Of a DNA stretch of 64,000 nucleotides, positions 19,701 to 30,200 are shown piece after piece. The position numbers and the translations under genes were made by a program. The notes under the pieces are model-generated. The model was not told the DNA's origin. It made no database searches and was given only the letters and a program-made list of their open reading frames with translations. The first letter of the stretch is position 1, and each line of letters begins with the position of its first letter. The stretch is from Candidatus Omnitrophota bacterium (GTDB lineage Bacteria > Omnitrophota > Omnitrophia > Omnitrophales > Aquincolibacteriaceae), in contig DAOPYQ010000003.1 in assembly GCA_035352955.1 (NCBI GenBank), forward strand, positions 140,901 through 204,900, read 5' to 3'.

Positions 19701-20384
19701 AAGCACGGGATTTTCCGGCGCAAGCCCACGGGCGCGATGCTCGAGCACCTTGGACATATCGATCATACTGCGGATCTGGTCATCGGAAAGAATACTGATC
19801 TTTTGGACTTCGTGGGAGGTCCGGAACCCGTCAAAAAAATGGAGGAACGGAATGCGGGACTCCAGCGTCGCAGCCTGTGCGATCAACGCGAAGTCGAGAG
19901 CTTCCTGAACGGAATTGGACGCAAGCAACGCGTAACCGGTCTGGCGAACGGACATCACGTCCGAATGATCCCCAAAGATCGAAAGAGCCTGGGCGGCCAA
20001 CGAACGTGCGGAAACATGGATCACCATCGATGTAAGTTCGCCGGCGATCTTGTACATATTCGGGATCATCAGGAGAAGCCCCTGCGACGCCGTAAAGGTC
20101 GTCGTCAAGGCCCCGCGCTGAAGCGCTCCGTGAACCGCTCCCGCCGCGCCGCCTTCGCTTTGCATCTCCACGACCGACGGGATCGTCCCCCAGATATTCT
20201 TCTTCCCCTCGGAGGCCCACTGATCGGCCCACTCGCCCATCGTCGAGGACGGCGTGATCGGGTAGATCGCGATGCACTCGTTCACGCGGAACGCGACATA
20301 CGCGACGGCTTCCCCCGCGTCCATGGTGACGAATTTCTTTCCGGTTGATTTTGCGCTAGATTTTTCCAGGGTTTGCTCGGCCAT
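16761..20384 (-). CDS. nifJ: pyruvate:ferredoxin (flavodoxin) oxidoreductase, single-chain PFOR
   Basis: Length is 1207 aa. Two ferredoxin-type 4Fe-4S motifs are present (CIQCGKCSFVCP, CTGCGLCVEVCP). The TPP-binding domain carries GGDGWAYDIGFGG. Confidence 0.95.
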   Translation of the reverse strand: MAEQTLEKSSAKSTGKKFVTMDAGEAVAYVAFRVNECIAIYPITPSSTMGEWADQWASEGKKNIWGTIPSVVEMQSEGGAAGAVHGALQRGALTTTFTASQGLLLMIPNMYKIAGELTSMVIHVSARSLAAQALSIFGDHSDVMSVRQTGYALLASNSVQEALDFALIAQAATLESRIPFLHFFDGFRTSHEVQKISILSDDQIRSMIDMSKVLEHRARGLAPENPVLRGTAQNPDVYFQGRETVNRFYTACPDIVQKAMDQFAAISGRQYKLFEYSGAKDAEQVVVVMGSGVEVAEETVKALTATGAKVGCLKVSLYRPFDIKRFVNLLPETTKNLIVLDRTKEPGSIGEPLYQDVVSALQEASQNGWSKFKKAPKIYGGRYGLSSKEFTPAMVKGIFDAFASGKGKHGFTIGINDDVTHTSLAYDAEYSIESGKVKRALFYGLGADGTVGANKNSIKIIGENTENYAQGYFVYDSKKSGAITVSHLRFGPEPIRSPYLISKADFIACHQTVFLEKYDMLRNIIPGGTFLLNAPWSAEEVWNNIPVEVQKQILDKKLKFHVIDAYKVAADSGMGMRINTIMQVCFFAISGVLPRERAIEEIKKSIRKTYGKKGEDVVNQNLQAVDMTLAHLHEVKVPAVAGSKVHRLAPVTSSAPAFVKNVLGVIAEGRGDELPVSVMPVDGTFPTATTQYEKRNIALEIPVWEPEICIQCGKCSFVCPHAVIRMKIYDPKQLEGAPEGFKSADAKMPDFKGQKFTIQPAPEDCTGCGLCVEVCPSKSKTDPKVKAINMKPQMPLRCIEKPKWDHFLAIPEYDRRKLKVSMINQQQAMRPLFEFSGACAGCGETPYVKLVSQLYGDRAVISNATGCSSIYGGNLPTTPWAKDANGRGPAWSNSLFEDNAEFGLGFRMAIDKQKEYASELLVKLQGQLGADFVQSILKASQQNETEIYDQRERVAELKKKLASLKGNADASQLLSLADTLVKKSVWIFGGDGWAYDIGFGGLDHVLASGRNVNVFVLDTEVYSNTGGQMSKSTPIGAIAKFAMGGKTGVKKDLGAIAMTYGNVYVAVIAMGANDQQALKAIQEAESYDGPSLIIAYSHCIAHGINMINGLQEQKAAVASGQWILYRHDPRRAEKGENPLVLDSKAPTMPVADYMMKENRFKMLTKIRPEEAKKLFEIAQTKVTARWKRYESLAQGKLQAEAPKPAAA

Positions 20385-20653
20385 GTTGATAAATCCTTTC
20401 GATGATCAATGCGGTTTTAAAATACAAAAAAAATCGTCCTGCCATGCCCTTCCAAATCAGACGGATGGCATCGTCCATACTTGCTTCGTGTCCACCGGAT
20501 CTTCCATGATAATGAGGACTGGAATAGGGGGAACTCTGAATGGCTGTAAAGTCGTTTGAAGCCTGTAGAAAGGCTACTTCATACCCCTCGACTTGTGACG
20601 GCGCATTCTATGCGGAATAAGACGAATTTTCAAGCGATTTCATCGCCTGGAAA

Positions 20654-20669
20654 GAGGAGAGCGGATGAC
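20654..20669 (+). repeat. GGATGAC heptamer tandem repeat (x2) in PFOR leader
   Basis: The sequence is ggatgacggatgacgg. An inverted partner (GGCATCC GGCATCC GTCCTCC AACATCC) lies at 20718-20751. The same unit occurs at 50416-50431, 47272-47303 (opposite strand, 4-5 units) and 62284-62305. Confidence 0.6.
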
Positions 20670-20804
20670 GGATGACGGCAAAAAAAGCCGACGAAAAACA
20701 ATTAGCCTAAGATTTTTCGGCATCCGGCATCCGTCCTCCAACATCCGGATCTTTTGTTAAGAACGCATATTGAAATAGTTTCCGACTTTGATTAGTATGC
20801 CCCC

Positions 20805-21206
20805 ATGCCCCACGACACGATCCGGCTTCTCCAATTCATGATCTGCAAGGAATTTGAACCCGGCGAGCAGGACGCCTATGTCGCAAAAGACGTCCGGAGC
20901 AACCTTTATGTTCCCGCTTTTCCGTACCGTTTCGACCAGCTTTACGCCGTGACCTGCTGGCGCAAAGACAAGATGTTCCATAAAGAAGTCGTCGAGTACG
21001 CATTAGAAGACGGCACGGTCATCAAAACACCGCCCATGGACATCGAACCGGTCACCTCAAGCGTCCTCTTTCGCTGGCATAAGCACGCCTTCCCCGCCGA
21101 TCTTGAGATCAAGGAAGATTCCCTCCTCCACGTCCGCGTGTTCCTGGACTGGAAGGTCCACTGGGAAACTTATCTGATGGTCGAAAAGCGGCCCGGCATT
21201 TCATAA
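20805..21206 (+). CDS. hypothetical protein (133 aa)
   Basis: One of only two plus-strand genes. It is convergent with giant gene 1. No SD and no recognisable domain. Confidence 0.4.
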   Translation: MPHDTIRLLQFMICKEFEPGEQDAYVAKDVRSNLYVPAFPYRFDQLYAVTCWRKDKMFHKEVVEYALEDGTVIKTPPMDIEPVTSSVLFRWHKHAFPADLEIKEDSLLHVRVFLDWKVHWETYLMVEKRPGIS

Positions 21207-21248
21207 TACAAGGGTTCACCTGATTCACACCGGATGAGGAAACCGGTA

Positions 21249-24200
21249 TTACGCGGCCGTCCGAACCGATTGTTCGGCCACCATACGAAGATAAGTCTGG
21301 ACCGCAACGCTGGAAACCACAAAGTTCCGGCCCTTCGCCTGGATCAGCGCCTTCTGCTCAAAGAGGTTCAAGCGACGCAAGAGCTCATCGCAGATGTCGC
21401 TCGGGGTCATTGCCAAAGCACCGGATTTCGTGCCCGCCCGGATATCCGCCAGGTGGATCGCGGCCACCACCATCAACCGGTTCATGTAATCCCGTACAAA
21501 AAGATCACCGACTGAGGCCACATTCCCCACCACAGGATCAAACACCGGCGCCAACGTAACGACCGTCGCTTCCGTTCCGGTAACATACGGCACGTTGGAC
21601 TGATTCCGCGAAATGAAGTTCCGGTTCAGCGGTGCCTGACGGACCGTGACCCCTCTGGCCTGGAGCGCGGCCCGGACCTTGCCGTTCAACGCACCGCTAA
21701 CTGCCAGCTCATTGACACGGCTGGTTCTTTCGCTCGGGATCTTAAGGAATTGTTCCGCGAAACCCGCCAAGGACGGATCGAATGCCACAGTAAGATTCCC
21801 CTCGCCCTGCCCCAGCGTCGCATCCAGAGCTTGCATCCGTTCCGGAACGATCGTTGCGATCATCGCATCCGTCGTCTCCGCCGCCATCGCTGCCGGCATG
21901 AGGACAAGGTTCCTGACGCGGATCACAAACGGCATCACATCGCCGTAGGCCCCGAGATCGCGTTCCGCCGCGCGGCTGAACCCATCGCCCTGAATATAGG
22001 CGGCAGGGTCCGATTGGCTCATGACTTCCACCGAGAACTTTCCGCTCTTCGCGCTGATCTCTCCGCCGATCTTCCTGAGCTCCGCCCGGCCTTTCTTTTC
22101 CAACCCCTCCCGCACCGCCTCTGCCCCTTGATCTGCTGCGATCTTTGCGATCCGATCCGCATCCACGCTCACCAACTCGTCGATCATTCGGGATCCTGAC
22201 CGCTCCCTCACTTCGGTGTGAACATTTTCCATATCGAATATTTCGTAGTGCCGGCTACGTTTGTCAAATATCAGGATTTGGCGTATTCCCCCTACAGGGA
22301 TCGCCTCCTCCGTCGTAATTTCTCCGCTGGAAAATTCGTCTTTGATTTGGACTTTCGCTTTTTCGACCACAACAATCGCACAAACAAAGTCTTCGGAGAG
22401 AAGTTTTTTCTTAAAACCACCGCCCGCCGGCATAATGCTGTAATCAATCGCATCTTGTGGTTTTGCTGTCAAGCTGATCGAAAGCCCTGTTGTCTCATCG
22501 GGAGACATACCCTTGTTAACAGTTTCGGCCAAAGACGAATAGCGCAGCCGCATGCCTCGGTAAATATATTGAGCCCCCCGGTTGATCCTCGACGCTTCTT
22601 TTCTCCTGAAATCAAGCGGATCCAACGCATCCAGCTCGGGTATCGCACTTAAATCCAATTCGTCTTTAAAAACAACCGCTCCTTGTTCCGCCCGCGCCTC
22701 GGCTCGGACTTCCTTCCGCATTTCCGCGCGATGCGCTGCAGGAGCAAGAGAGCTCGCAACTTCCTTGAACCGTATCTCCAAAATATCCTGGCCCGATTTT
22801 TTTATGGAAACAGACGCGCCCGGCGTCTCGATGCGGGACCCGTTCTTGCGGACAAAAACAACCGTATCCCCGTCTTGTCGAACGTCATAGGCTTCACGCA
22901 GGACAAGTTCGAGCGCCCAGAGTGCGTTTTTGTAGGCAGGGCTCTTTCGGACCGCGGAAGGCTCGGGCTCAATGGAAATTACGCCCGTCACTCCCAGCAA
23001 CTTCGCAGCCTTCAAGGAAAGCGCCAGCAGCTTGACCACCGTCGGATTCACAGAATCTTGCCGGGGAACATCAAAAATCACATCGGGATGCGACTGTCCG
23101 TTCGAAAAATATCGCAGGAACGCCGCCCGATCAATGCCGGCCGGGATCCATGCCAGATCCGGAAGGACCGCGATAAGAAATTTAACGTTGGTCCGCGGGA
23201 AGGTCGTCAGGATAAGGGACGCGGCATCTTGGGCCACGGCATCCCCGTCCTCAACGGCTTTCAGGGTCTTGCGGAACGGCTCGGAATAATACCCGGGAGT
23301 TCTTTGATCAAACTTCTGGTCCCAGGACGCCAGCACCCTTTCAAGCCGGTCAAAAACTCCGGATGCGCTCCTCGCGTCCAGCGCTTGCCCGGTCGCATCA
23401 AAGGTCTTATTGTCCTCGGCAAGCCGTACAACTTCATCGAGAACGGTGTGCTGGAACTCGTTTTTGCGCAACTGGAGCTGTCCGCGATCTTCAGCGAACC
23501 CTGCCTGATCTGTAATACTGATGACGTAAATCAGATTCAGCAGGTTGCGGAATCTCTCGATATCGATCTGCTGCCCGTCTGCGGAAAGGAATGCGCGGAT
23601 TTCCGGGGCATTCAGAAAATCTTTCATGGAAACATCTGACAGTTCGCCGAACGCCAGCTCCGAAAAAAACGTATGATAGCGAATGGCCATCCGGATCATC
23701 TCGGTATCTGCGGGGCTGATCAGTCCGTCCGCCACAAGGCCATCAAGCAGGCCGAGTTCCCGGATCATATCAGAACCCACTCTGTCGTGGATCCTCATAT
23801 TCCGGAATTTACCGATATCATGCAGGAGGTCCGCCCAATACAGCATCCGGTAAGCCTTATCCGGATCACCGGGCGCAAGCGAAAGGACGCGCGCCTGAAG
23901 ATCCCGTACAAGCGATTCGCCTTGGTTTGTGCCCAAAAGACCGGAAAGATAATACCACTGTTCAAGCCGCCTCAGTCCGTCGGTAGCCGCCGGCTTTGCC
24001 ATCGAGCGAACCTGTAACGCTGCCGCAAGAACGTTCGTGCAATGACCAGCAACTCCATCCAGTTCAGTTTCCGCCGCCGCATCGATCGTGGAGCGGTCAA
24101 GCGCCAGGATCGTCCTCAAAAACACCCGGTAATCCTGATAGATCCGGTCATCCAACCGCCGGCGGATCTCAGCGGCCCTAAGTCCGCGGATCTGCGCCAG

Positions 24201-27200
24201 TTCCCGGAAAAACCCCATCGTTTCCGGCCCCGTCAACCTTTCAAACGTCGGTCTGATCGTACTTCCCGACTCCCCCCGCGCTTCGGAGCGGCTTTCGGCG
24301 CGCGGGGCGGAATTCTTTTCATACGCTTGCGCAAACGCATTAAAATCGCCGCCAAACAGGATCGTCCCGAAACATTTCGTACAATCTCCCGCATTGTGCA
24401 ATGTAAAATCACCTTCCGTGCCGGTCAAAAATGCCCGCGGCTCAAAGAACCCGAATTTCGTGTATTTAGGAACTCCTTCGTCCGTCAGTGTTTCCTTTAG
24501 GCTGACCTCCCCCGAATAAATTTGCACAAACACATCATGCATCAATAACTGCCACGGGGTTCCATCCGCGTTCCTGCGGAATCCCATCCTCTTGCCGATC
24601 GTCGTGATCGCTTTGACCCGGACCCCTAGATTTTTTTCCACTTTACCGGAGATCACTTTCAACATGTTGGGATCATCTTCCCCCGCGATCGAAGCCGACG
24701 GAAGGCTCCACACGCCCCCGTTATCCGCCAGCTTGGGATTCCTGAATGCAAACAGCGCTTCTCCTTTCTCGTTCAGAAGGATCATGGACACGGCATACGC
24801 CGTTTTTAACTTTTTCCGTGTAGGATCCGTATTCGCATCATAGACGATCGTCGAAGGATCCACATGCCAATCGGCCGGAATCTCCATGTGGACCTCCGCC
24901 GCAGGCGTTTGCGTGTTTAGAACTGAGGGAAAAACCTGCGCCCCTCTCCCAAAAAACTGGTCCCTGGATTCAATCATTTTCGCAAACTGCTCAATAGACT
25001 CGTCGGGATACCCCAACAGCCGCCCCAGCATTCGGTGATACTCAACAGATCCTATGGCAACAGGTCTACCGTCCGGACCGGTGGCTTTTTCCTCAAGCAG
25101 TAAAACGATCTGCCGCGCAACTTCAGGCGTTCCAGCAACAATCAACGACCACGCATTGCGCAACGGCTCTTGATTGTTCCCTTTATCTTTCCATTGCATC
25201 GTAAGGGTCTCCACCGACAAACCTCTTTCTTTTGCAATTTGGATCAAAGCCTTTCCTTCTTCATGTCTTACCACATCTTCGCCAGACACCAGCGCAGCGG
25301 GTTTTGAACCGGCAACAACAGCCGCCACATCGTCAACCCCTCTTGACATAACAAGCTCGCTCGGCATGATTTGCTCCTGAGTTGCCGCCCACCCGCGCCA
25401 TTTTTCGATCCGCTGCTCGGCAGCTTTCCGCGCAACAGGATCGATCAAGACAGGAGCCATATCCGCCCGCACCGCCGCCGGGAAATTTAAAGTGCCGGGT
25501 TTGATGTTCGAAATTGAAGACAGTTCCGGAGATCCGGCATTCACCTTTAAACTTTGGACTTCGGACGTTGAACTTGGCTCTTCCCGCTTCTCATCGCGGC
25601 GGGCGGGTTGGGACACGCCTTGGGCGACTTCTGCGGCGTATGCCTCGCTTTCGGCTTTGTAATATTCGCTCGCGGGATCGTTATACGGCGGAACGGGCGC
25701 CTTAAAGAACTGCGCGAAAAGCTGATAAATCGACCACTGATCCGCGAATTTATGCGAGAACAGCGTGACCGTCGTCCGGATCCGGGAGGAATAGGTTTTG
25801 TCGTTACCGAACGCTTTGCCGAGTGCGTCCCCGCGCCGTCTGAACAATTCTTTTTCATCCGGGCTGAGGATGTCCTCCAGCGTCTTCACTTCCCGGTGAG
25901 GAAGAACCAACGCCGAAAAACCTTCCGGCAGATCCTTTTTCACGGTCTCCCGGATACTCTTCATGGCAGCGGAAGTCATAAACGGTATCGCGATGATCGC
26001 CTTCGCAGTCGGATAATGCCTCGCGATCTCCCGCAGTGTCGCGACGACCTGCTGAGCACTGTAACAGGCGTCATCAACGATCACAAACGTCCGGACCCCG
26101 GAAGACTCACGCTCCCGCATCAGATTTTCATAATAAGGTTTGAAAGGTTCCACATAAGCCGTAAAAACCGGCGCTTTCAGACCCTCCCGGATATTCGACC
26201 AGACCCAGCGACGCGATGTGTGGGGCCGTCCGAAAAGCACCGCGTACGGACCGGCCGCCTCCAGGGCAGAGGCAAGCGCTTCTTTCGTTTTCATCAACTC
26301 CGTAAAAAATTTCGCTTCGGTAATAATCTCCCCCTCCGCAACAACTTTCCGGCCCAGCGCGAGGATGGCCCGTCGATCCGGATCTTTGGCCTTTTTCAAC
26401 TGCGCGTCCCATGTCGCGAAAAACTCTTCCTCGTCTCTGATCCGCTCCGGCACTTCTGGCGTACGTTTCTCGGCACGTTCGGCGGAGCTTTCCTTCGCCG
26501 CCGATTTTACCGATGACGGTTTCGCGTCCGCCAATTTGACCAGCGGAAGGGACAACTTCGCCGTACCGTTATTAAAACGACCCATCGGAAGGGGTAATGC
26601 CGATTGACCTTTCCATCCCAGCACCGGCTTCTGCAAACGTCCCGTAAGCCAGGGACCAAGTTCCTCAAGAGGGTCCACACTGATCACGATCTCGGGATTC
26701 CCATCGATTACCAAAGACCCCGCGTTCGTCCAACCGCCTTCACCGCGCCTGCCGATGCCAGACACGACCAGTTGCTGCTGCGCCGCCGGTGAGAGCGAGT
26801 TCCAGACACCCCCCACCTGGTCCTTCGGGATGTAGCTCTTCATGCGAGCCTTCATACTCCCAAAATCCACGCCGGATTCCTTGGACAGGAATTGACGGAC
26901 CGCGCTCATGACAAATTCGCGGGTCTCCTTTGCGGCTTTGGCGGAATTCAAGCCGTTCGTCGACGGCACCCGGATATTCCAGACCCTCCCGTCGGGCATG
27001 AACAATATCAGGGAGACCAATGAATAGCGCACGTTGGAAGCCTTCTTCCAGTGCATTTCGGCGAACGGCAGGGCCAGAGAATTGACCAGCTGCTGGATCC
27101 ATTGATCGAGATTATTCGCGGACGGGTCGAGAACCGCCTGCACATCCACGGCGATCGAGGCCGAAACATTCCTGGGACGCGCGGGAGGAAGCGTTTTGAC

Positions 27201-30200
27201 GACCTTGTTGCCGTCCACCTTGGCGCTAGCCGTCTGAGCGATCTGATCCACGGGCACCCCTCCGGCCAAGCTGACCACGGCTAATTCCGCGGTCTCACGA
27301 CTATTTCCGGAGGGCGCCGCCCGGTGCAAATTTGTTTCCGAGTGAAGCTTGAAACCTCCCTTCGGCGCCACGATTTGGATCTTTTTCTGTAAAAATTTTG
27401 AACCGATCAGATCCGTCAACGTCCGAAGCTCAATACCTCTCGAAACTTCAACGCTATACGCCCCCAAGCTATTCGTCACGATATTGCGCATGCGGGTATA
27501 AAATTTTTCAAGCGTCAGGGAATTCTCACCGCCGGTGGCCCGCGCAAGCCTGATCAGATTCTCAAAATAACGTTCACGCCCCGAAGCGCCGCGTTCCCGA
27601 TGTGTCAGCCACTCCATCACATCAATCACAAACGGACTGATCGTCAAAAATCTCACAAGGTGTTTAAAAAATTGCGCCCGGGTAGGAGGCTCGTAGGGAA
27701 CCGTCCCCTTCGCGGCAAGAGCAAGCAGGTCGGCAATTGCGCGTTCTTTCGGCGACAATTTCCCCGAAGCGATCAACTCCTCGGGGTCGGAGCCCGCGGG
27801 AGGATGATACCAGCCATTATCTCTCAGGATCAGCCGCAGCGTCCGTCCCCGGAGTGTCTCGGTGCTTGCCCCGAACCATGCCCGATCGCTCGACCGCAGC
27901 CACGCCTTCCACGGGATGAGAACCCAACGGTAGAGCAACCCGCCCAAAAGAGCGAAGACGAGGTACACTTTAAAAAACTGATACAATCCCGGCAACGGAT
28001 TGAACCGTTGTATCTCGCTTTTCCATTCGTCAAAAATCGATTTGAGGGTCCCTCCAAGCGACCGGGCAGGCGTTTGACGTCCCGGAACGGGCGGCAGGGA
28101 TTGAACCCGGGGGTCAAGGTCCTTCACTCCCTGGGGAATATCACGGACCTTTCCGTCTCGCAAGAAAACCCACCCGTGAGGATACACCCCTTCTTTGAAC
28201 TGGCCTTCTGAAATCAGATTCCCCGCCTGAAGAACTCCTGTTTCAAGATCGGTGAGCCAGAATAAAGCAATGCTCAGAAATCCGAATCCATCGCAATCTG
28301 TGGCCCCGCTCATGAACACCCTCGACACGAACGGAAGTTCTGTGTTCAATCCATCAACCCGGTTGTCCTTGCTATACTTGAGCGTCGCGAGAAGATTGAG
28401 CATCTCCCTTTCCCTCAAAAATCCCGCAGGAAGCTTCTGCGCCAAAACAACCTTCTGCCGTATCTCCGCAGGCAAAAGCCTCATCACTTCTTCTTTCGAA
28501 TAAGCGCGGTTTTCGGCAAAATTGAACATCACCGCTTGCCCGGGCGACGGAAGGTCACCGTTCTTTTGATCCCCCAGAACAATCGTGATCGTTTTGCCGA
28601 CAGGCCCGTCAAAAGAAAATTCCCAAATTCCGCGCGGGTCGTACCGCAGCTTGGCAAGTTCCCCGCTTTCCGATCGGGCTTCCAACACGATCGTTCCGGG
28701 AGCGAGACCTGTCACAAGGCTCCTGGCCTCCGCCTGATCCGGGAACAGATCCATCTTGGCAATAGCCCTTCTTCCCGTAGGAGAGGTGTATTGCCGGAAG
28801 TCCGTAGGCCCCGGGCCATATTCTCCGGTAGCGGGATCCAGATAACGGAACCCCATCAAAGGAAGATAATCAAATCCGAAATGGTGCTTCAGATCCTGAC
28901 GATGCCGGTACAAGGCAAGCGTCCTACCCTCGGAATTCTCGTCCCCTCCGCCGGTTTCAACGCGTTCCGACCGGCCGTCGCTGTTAAATCCCGCGTTCCG
29001 CGGACCACCACCCTCCGTCCCGGCCGTACCCCGGCCCATCGCCTTTGGCCGCATCTTGTTAATTTTTTTAAGCGTTTCCGCCGCATTCTTTTCGATCTTT
29101 TGAGCCATTTCGATCTGGTCCCGCCGCATTGCCTGGTACCAGTTCATCCCCGACCACCCCGCACGGAGAGTAAAACCGACGCTCAGGATCATCAGAATCC
29201 GGCCGAACCCTCTGAGAACCATCGCCGCCAGACGCCGGCGGTCGCGCTCGCCCATAACCTTTTTCCCGAGATAGCCGTACCGCTCCGCCATCAGCCGCAT
29301 AGCGTCTCCATTATTCTCGAGACCAGCCTGGTCCACGCCAAGAAACTCTAAACTCCGGCCCGAAATGAACGCTTCAAGAGCATCCTGCAAGACGATCTCC
29401 GAATGCTCCTCCAGACCCGTGAAAGCGCTCCAGTAAAGATCCGAAAAGATCTTCCTGGCGGCTTCAAAATTCGTACTCTGGGGGTCACGAAGCCATTCGC
29501 GGAGTGTTCTCACATAAAAGCGCGACCTAACCCCGGGATAATGCGGTTCGGGAAATAACCCCAGGTCCATGCCGGCACGAAATAGCATCAGGGAATCGCT
29601 CAGCGTTTGTTTCCGAAGCGTGGTTTCCCGGTCAAGGATCACCGTATCGATCACATTCTTGTCCTTTTCCGAAACGTTGTTCCGCAGATCTTTGAATCGC
29701 GTCCACGCGGCTTCGGCCCGCGCCGAGATCGTCTCGAGAGAAAGCGCCTTGACCTTCCGGACAAAATCCTTATTGCCGAAGATCTTGAGACTCCGCGAAG
29801 GAATATCGAAACCGAGCCTCCTGTCGAGCAGCAGATAAAGAAGCCCGGTCGAGGACTGATGATAGTCATTGGCCTGCGTAAGGTATTGCTCAAAGATCTG
29901 TAACGCGAGAGGATCGGCCGCGGCGTATTTTTGGCAAGTTTTGATCAGAAGAACGATCTGTTCATGGACCCTCTCCACTTCTCCCAGGGCGGTCACAAGA
30001 TCGTTCAGGTTCCCGTTCGCTTTCGAGACAGCATTCGCCATCGCTTGATCGTGTTTTTCCGAAAGATCCGCCACTGCGGCGAACAAGGACTCCAGCCTGT
30101 CGGCCGGTCGACCCTTCGCGCCCCGTTTCTCCGCGCGAAAAGCACCTGCCGCTGTCTCTGGGGTCATTATCAAAGGCCGCTCCTTACGGAACCCTCTCAA

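Noticed and set aside
20272-20559. 95-aa plus-strand ORF in the PFOR leader
   Set aside because: It overlaps the PFOR start codon region antisense and has no RBS. The region is better explained as the 5' leader with repeat structures.
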